DNA of 40,230 nucleotides from a virus (Duplodnaviria; Heunggongvirae; Uroviricota; Caudoviricetes): IMG/VR virus record IMGVR_UViG_2563366875_000002, positions 1 to 40,230 of that record; one strand, 5' to 3'. Shown piece by piece: positions 37,147 to 40,230 of this stretch (position 1 is its first letter; each line of letters starts with the position of its first letter). The notes under the pieces were generated by a model. It saw only the letters and a program-made list of their open reading frames with translations, ran no database searches and was not told where the DNA came from. The position numbers and the translations under genes were made by a program.

Positions 37147-37546
37147 GCAGAACTTCGGTGCTTGGCGTTATATTGAACCTTCTGAGGGATTCTGAGGATG
37201 AGTGGAATGTCGCGTTCTGATTCATCAGTAAGTAGGGAAAGATAGACTTTATGCGTCATTGACGGTGAAAGCGGCTATACATAGAAACTACCGACCAGCA
37301 TCAGCCTGAAAATATAGGCAGATAGAAAAAGTGGTCCGCACTTGCAACTAATGTTAAACCGTTTGTAGATATTGTGCTTCGGGTACAATTCTGTCCTATC
37401 GTTGCACTTAGCTAACTACTCTATATTTAATGCATTGTAATAAAGATATAAAAGTTGTAGTGTTGAGGGTCCAATTGCACATAAGAGTGCAAATTTGAGT
37501 TTGGCCGTAGGCTAATGATGAGAGTATAAGTTGGATTGGGTGCACT

Positions 37547-38644
37547 ATGAAGAAAAAAATAGCAGATCTACTAGCCGTTAAAACAAATATATTCGAAGTG
37601 TTCATTGTTGCGGTATTAATTGCCTTGGGCGTAAATATACTGTCATCAGGCGTTGTTGGTTATTTTAACTTGTCATTTTTGAAAATGATTGTTGTTGGTG
37701 CGCTACTAATAATTTTAGGTGCCACAATCTTTCTGCGTAACGCCTATCCTATGAATAATGGGAAATATGATTTTGAGGGGGTTGTGTGTTTAGACAATGA
37801 AAAAAAAGAGTTGATATCAATTGAAGGCTACGATTTTTCCGAAGAGGTTAGCCGTTACCTAAAAGGATTATGCGCGGAAAATAAGGCTATTCATAAATCA
37901 TGGACTGAGGGGCCAATTGGTTATGCTTTTGATTTTAAAGGGAAGGGGATAAATAGCAAAAAAATGAAAGCAAATGCACTATTTATTGAGGCGATTGAGT
38001 ATTATGTTTTAAGAAAACTTGCTCTTCATTTAAGTAGCTATTTTAATGATGATGAATCTTTTTCCGATGATTATTTGGTTAAACTAGATAGGAAAAGTAT
38101 TCCTGATGTTCTTATGGGGAATAGATTTATTGATACTTTTTCTAGAGCTATGGATGAACGTGAGCAATTTATGGATTATAGTTCTTTACCATCTATAGGT
38201 AAAGTTGTATATGCATATGGCAATGGAGGCGCAATTTTTGACCATTTTGAAATAGTTCTTCCCAAAAGTAGTTCGCTCACAAGAGAGAGCGACTCTAGTA
38301 TAAGTATTGTTACTAAAAGATTTAAGATTAATTATCGCCCTGTGTTCGAGGGATTCGGGGCTAATCTACCAATGAAATTTGGAAATCTTTATTTGGGTAG
38401 AGAGTTTAATTCATTTTCAACTTATTCAGTAGGTTTGGTAGTTACAGTGGATTTTAATGCCAAGTCTTTATTAACAACTAAGGGATGGGAATATTATTGG
38501 TGGCTTGATTCGTTTTTGGGAGAATTGGAACAATCATTTTCTAAAAAAATGTTTTTATCTAAAATATCTTGGGAGCAAAATGCAGCAATGTTTCTTATGC
38601 TTGAAAATAAGAGTAAAATGCAGCACAAGAGAGAGAATTTTTAG
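37547..38644 (+). CDS. hypothetical membrane-anchored protein (2 N-terminal TM helices plus ~290 aa soluble domain)
   Basis: 365 aa ORF in a very AT-rich block beyond the invertase breakpoint; two hydrophobic helices in residues about 15-65; no recognised motif. Confidence 0.6.
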   Translation: MKKKIADLLAVKTNIFEVFIVAVLIALGVNILSSGVVGYFNLSFLKMIVVGALLIILGATIFLRNAYPMNNGKYDFEGVVCLDNEKKELISIEGYDFSEEVSRYLKGLCAENKAIHKSWTEGPIGYAFDFKGKGINSKKMKANALFIEAIEYYVLRKLALHLSSYFNDDESFSDDYLVKLDRKSIPDVLMGNRFIDTFSRAMDEREQFMDYSSLPSIGKVVYAYGNGGAIFDHFEIVLPKSSSLTRESDSSISIVTKRFKINYRPVFEGFGANLPMKFGNLYLGREFNSFSTYSVGLVVTVDFNAKSLLTTKGWEYYWWLDSFLGELEQSFSKKMFLSKISWEQNAAMFLMLENKSKMQHKRENF

Positions 38645-39588
38645 ACAAATAAAAGCAGTCTAAATATCTACATACAGGAAAATGTTCGCATCTGTCTAAT
38701 GGTGAACAATAGTGGCTGTAAAGGCTGTAATTTGGGTTCGCTATGTGCTGCATGCATCGGTTGGGCTCACTGCTTATAACAGACATTAATTTTATGACAG
38801 AAAGACATTCATGCTAGTTGGAATATGCATAAAACTTCCTCTACACTGTGTTTGTATACAGTATTATTTTACTGTGCAAATAAGCAGCATTATTGTTTTC
38901 TCTGTTCAAGTAAAAAGAAATGGATACACTCACAAAGATTTTGATGGTGGCACGATAAGTGTCTTCGTTTTTATGAGAGCAGTTGTTGTGGCTTCATCAC
39001 TAGTACTTAGCATCAAGACTGATTTCTTGCTGTTGGTTCAAGTACTTTATCCCATAAAAGCCCACATCTGTGGGCTTTCAAGTCACTAGGGCACCGCGGC
39101 TCCTTTGCGTATCTTTTTTTGTATCCTCACCGTCTGGTCGGTGTCCTGCTTTGGCTGCTAACTTGCTGTTTTTGTTGGCATTATCCTTACGCCACCCAAT
39201 CATGATTGGTGGGCTGGCGGGAGTTGAAACCGCAGGCACGTCGTATGCAAGAACGTGCTGCGGTTGGCTGGTGAACTTCCAATAGTGCGAGTATTGAATG
39301 ATTTCCAGCTGTTATAGATTTTACGTATTTTTTGTATGAGAGGATTTGCATCTCCTCCCACCGATCCTCCATGACTTTACTCCACTGTCTATAGGGCTGC
39401 TGTGTGCTAGAAACGGACATTTTGGTCAACTGAGGGCATGGAAACTTGTTCAATAAATAACGTATAATCAATTGAAAATAAAATGAAATAATTGTAATAT
39501 CAAAATTCAAAGCCCGTAGTGAGTATGATTATCTATTCTTAATTTCAACCTCTTAATTCTAAATAAGTTAGACAAATCGGAATGGCAG

Positions 39589-40230
39589 ATGAAAATTAAG
39601 TTAACACCAATCTGGTTATGGATAAAACAATATCAACATCCCCTTAGAGTATTGGGGGGGATTTTTTTCGGGGCCGCTTTGATAGCAGCTTTTTTTTGGA
39701 TATCAGGATTTGATATAGAACCTATCGCATTCGCTCTGGGAATGCTTAGTTCATTGTTCTTAGCCAGCCCATCGGTAGCAGAATATTTTTTACCAGAACG
39801 TAAACCTGTCAGAGATATGACATATGAGGAAATCTTAAATTTCATACCCAAAACTGAACCATCTCAAGATTGGCATGGGATTTCAAGGGAATGGGCTAGC
39901 GAACGATTCCTTAAAGAAGACCCACGTCTTCGTTTTCGAGCCAAGTTCATTGATGAAGGAATTCAATGTGAAAATTTTATAGAAGATTGGGCTAACAATC
40001 ATCCAGATCCCAGAGCAACTGGATATTGGTATGAGCTTTATTACGACGGAGCATTCCTAGACAGGTTTTTATTGGTATCTGTGGATGGCGGTAGAGCGGA
40101 TATTCCTCCACCAAAATTACAAACTAAAGAAATTAGCTTACTCAATTATCATGTTGCGAAAATACATGACACCTCTGGCACGTTAGATGAGTATATTAAA
40201 CGATCTGGTTTAACTATTGCAAAAACATAA
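39589..40230 (+). CDS. hypothetical membrane-anchored protein (2 N-terminal TM helices plus ~140 aa soluble domain)
   Basis: 213 aa ORF, AT-rich; hydrophobic helices in residues about 20-65; no recognised motif; stop TAA at window end. Confidence 0.55.
   Translation: MKIKLTPIWLWIKQYQHPLRVLGGIFFGAALIAAFFWISGFDIEPIAFALGMLSSLFLASPSVAEYFLPERKPVRDMTYEEILNFIPKTEPSQDWHGISREWASERFLKEDPRLRFRAKFIDEGIQCENFIEDWANNHPDPRATGYWYELYYDGAFLDRFLLVSVDGGRADIPPPKLQTKEISLLNYHVAKIHDTSGTLDEYIKRSGLTIAKT

Noticed and set aside
38811-39510. ORFs 38811..39089(+), 39070..39285(+), 39187..39510(-)
   Set aside because: No RBS, hydrophobic or low-complexity translations in an AT-rich spacer; not reported as genes.
37100-40230. 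attR (second copy of the tRNA-Thr 3' end) right of the invertase
   Set aside because: Not seen by eye in the sequence right of the breakpoint; an exact-match search would be decisive.

Overview
Window shows the chromosomal proA gene and tRNA-Thr(CGU) (thrW-like), immediately followed by a ~36 kb integrated, mosaic temperate prophage. All calls are from reading the sequence and the supplied ORF track; no database search was run, and family assignments rest on motifs recalled from memory. Prophage order: integrase/excisionase and a leftward early operon; cI-like repressor with palindromic operators; cro-like and cII-like genes; a replication gene with internal iterons; RusA, KilA-N, DUF968 and antiterminator Q; lysis cassette; HNH endonuclease and terminase; HK97-type portal, protease and capsid; Mu-like contractile tail and baseplate; and a Mu G-like invertible tail-fibre segment next to a truncated invertase. 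The best candidates for undescribed biology are accessory insertions, none of which I can assign to a named system: (1) an AT-rich KAP-family P-loop NTPase inserted antisense between Q and the lysis genes, next to an orphan adenine methyltransferase; (2) an AT-rich cargo block replacing the 3' half of the invertase, encoding two membrane-anchored proteins of unknown function; (3) a GC-rich, densely structured ~450 nt non-coding segment in the early-left operon; (4) a secreted-protein moron between tape measure and baseplate genes; (5) an antisense 144 aa gene near the immunity region. No CRISPR array, rRNA or IS element was seen.
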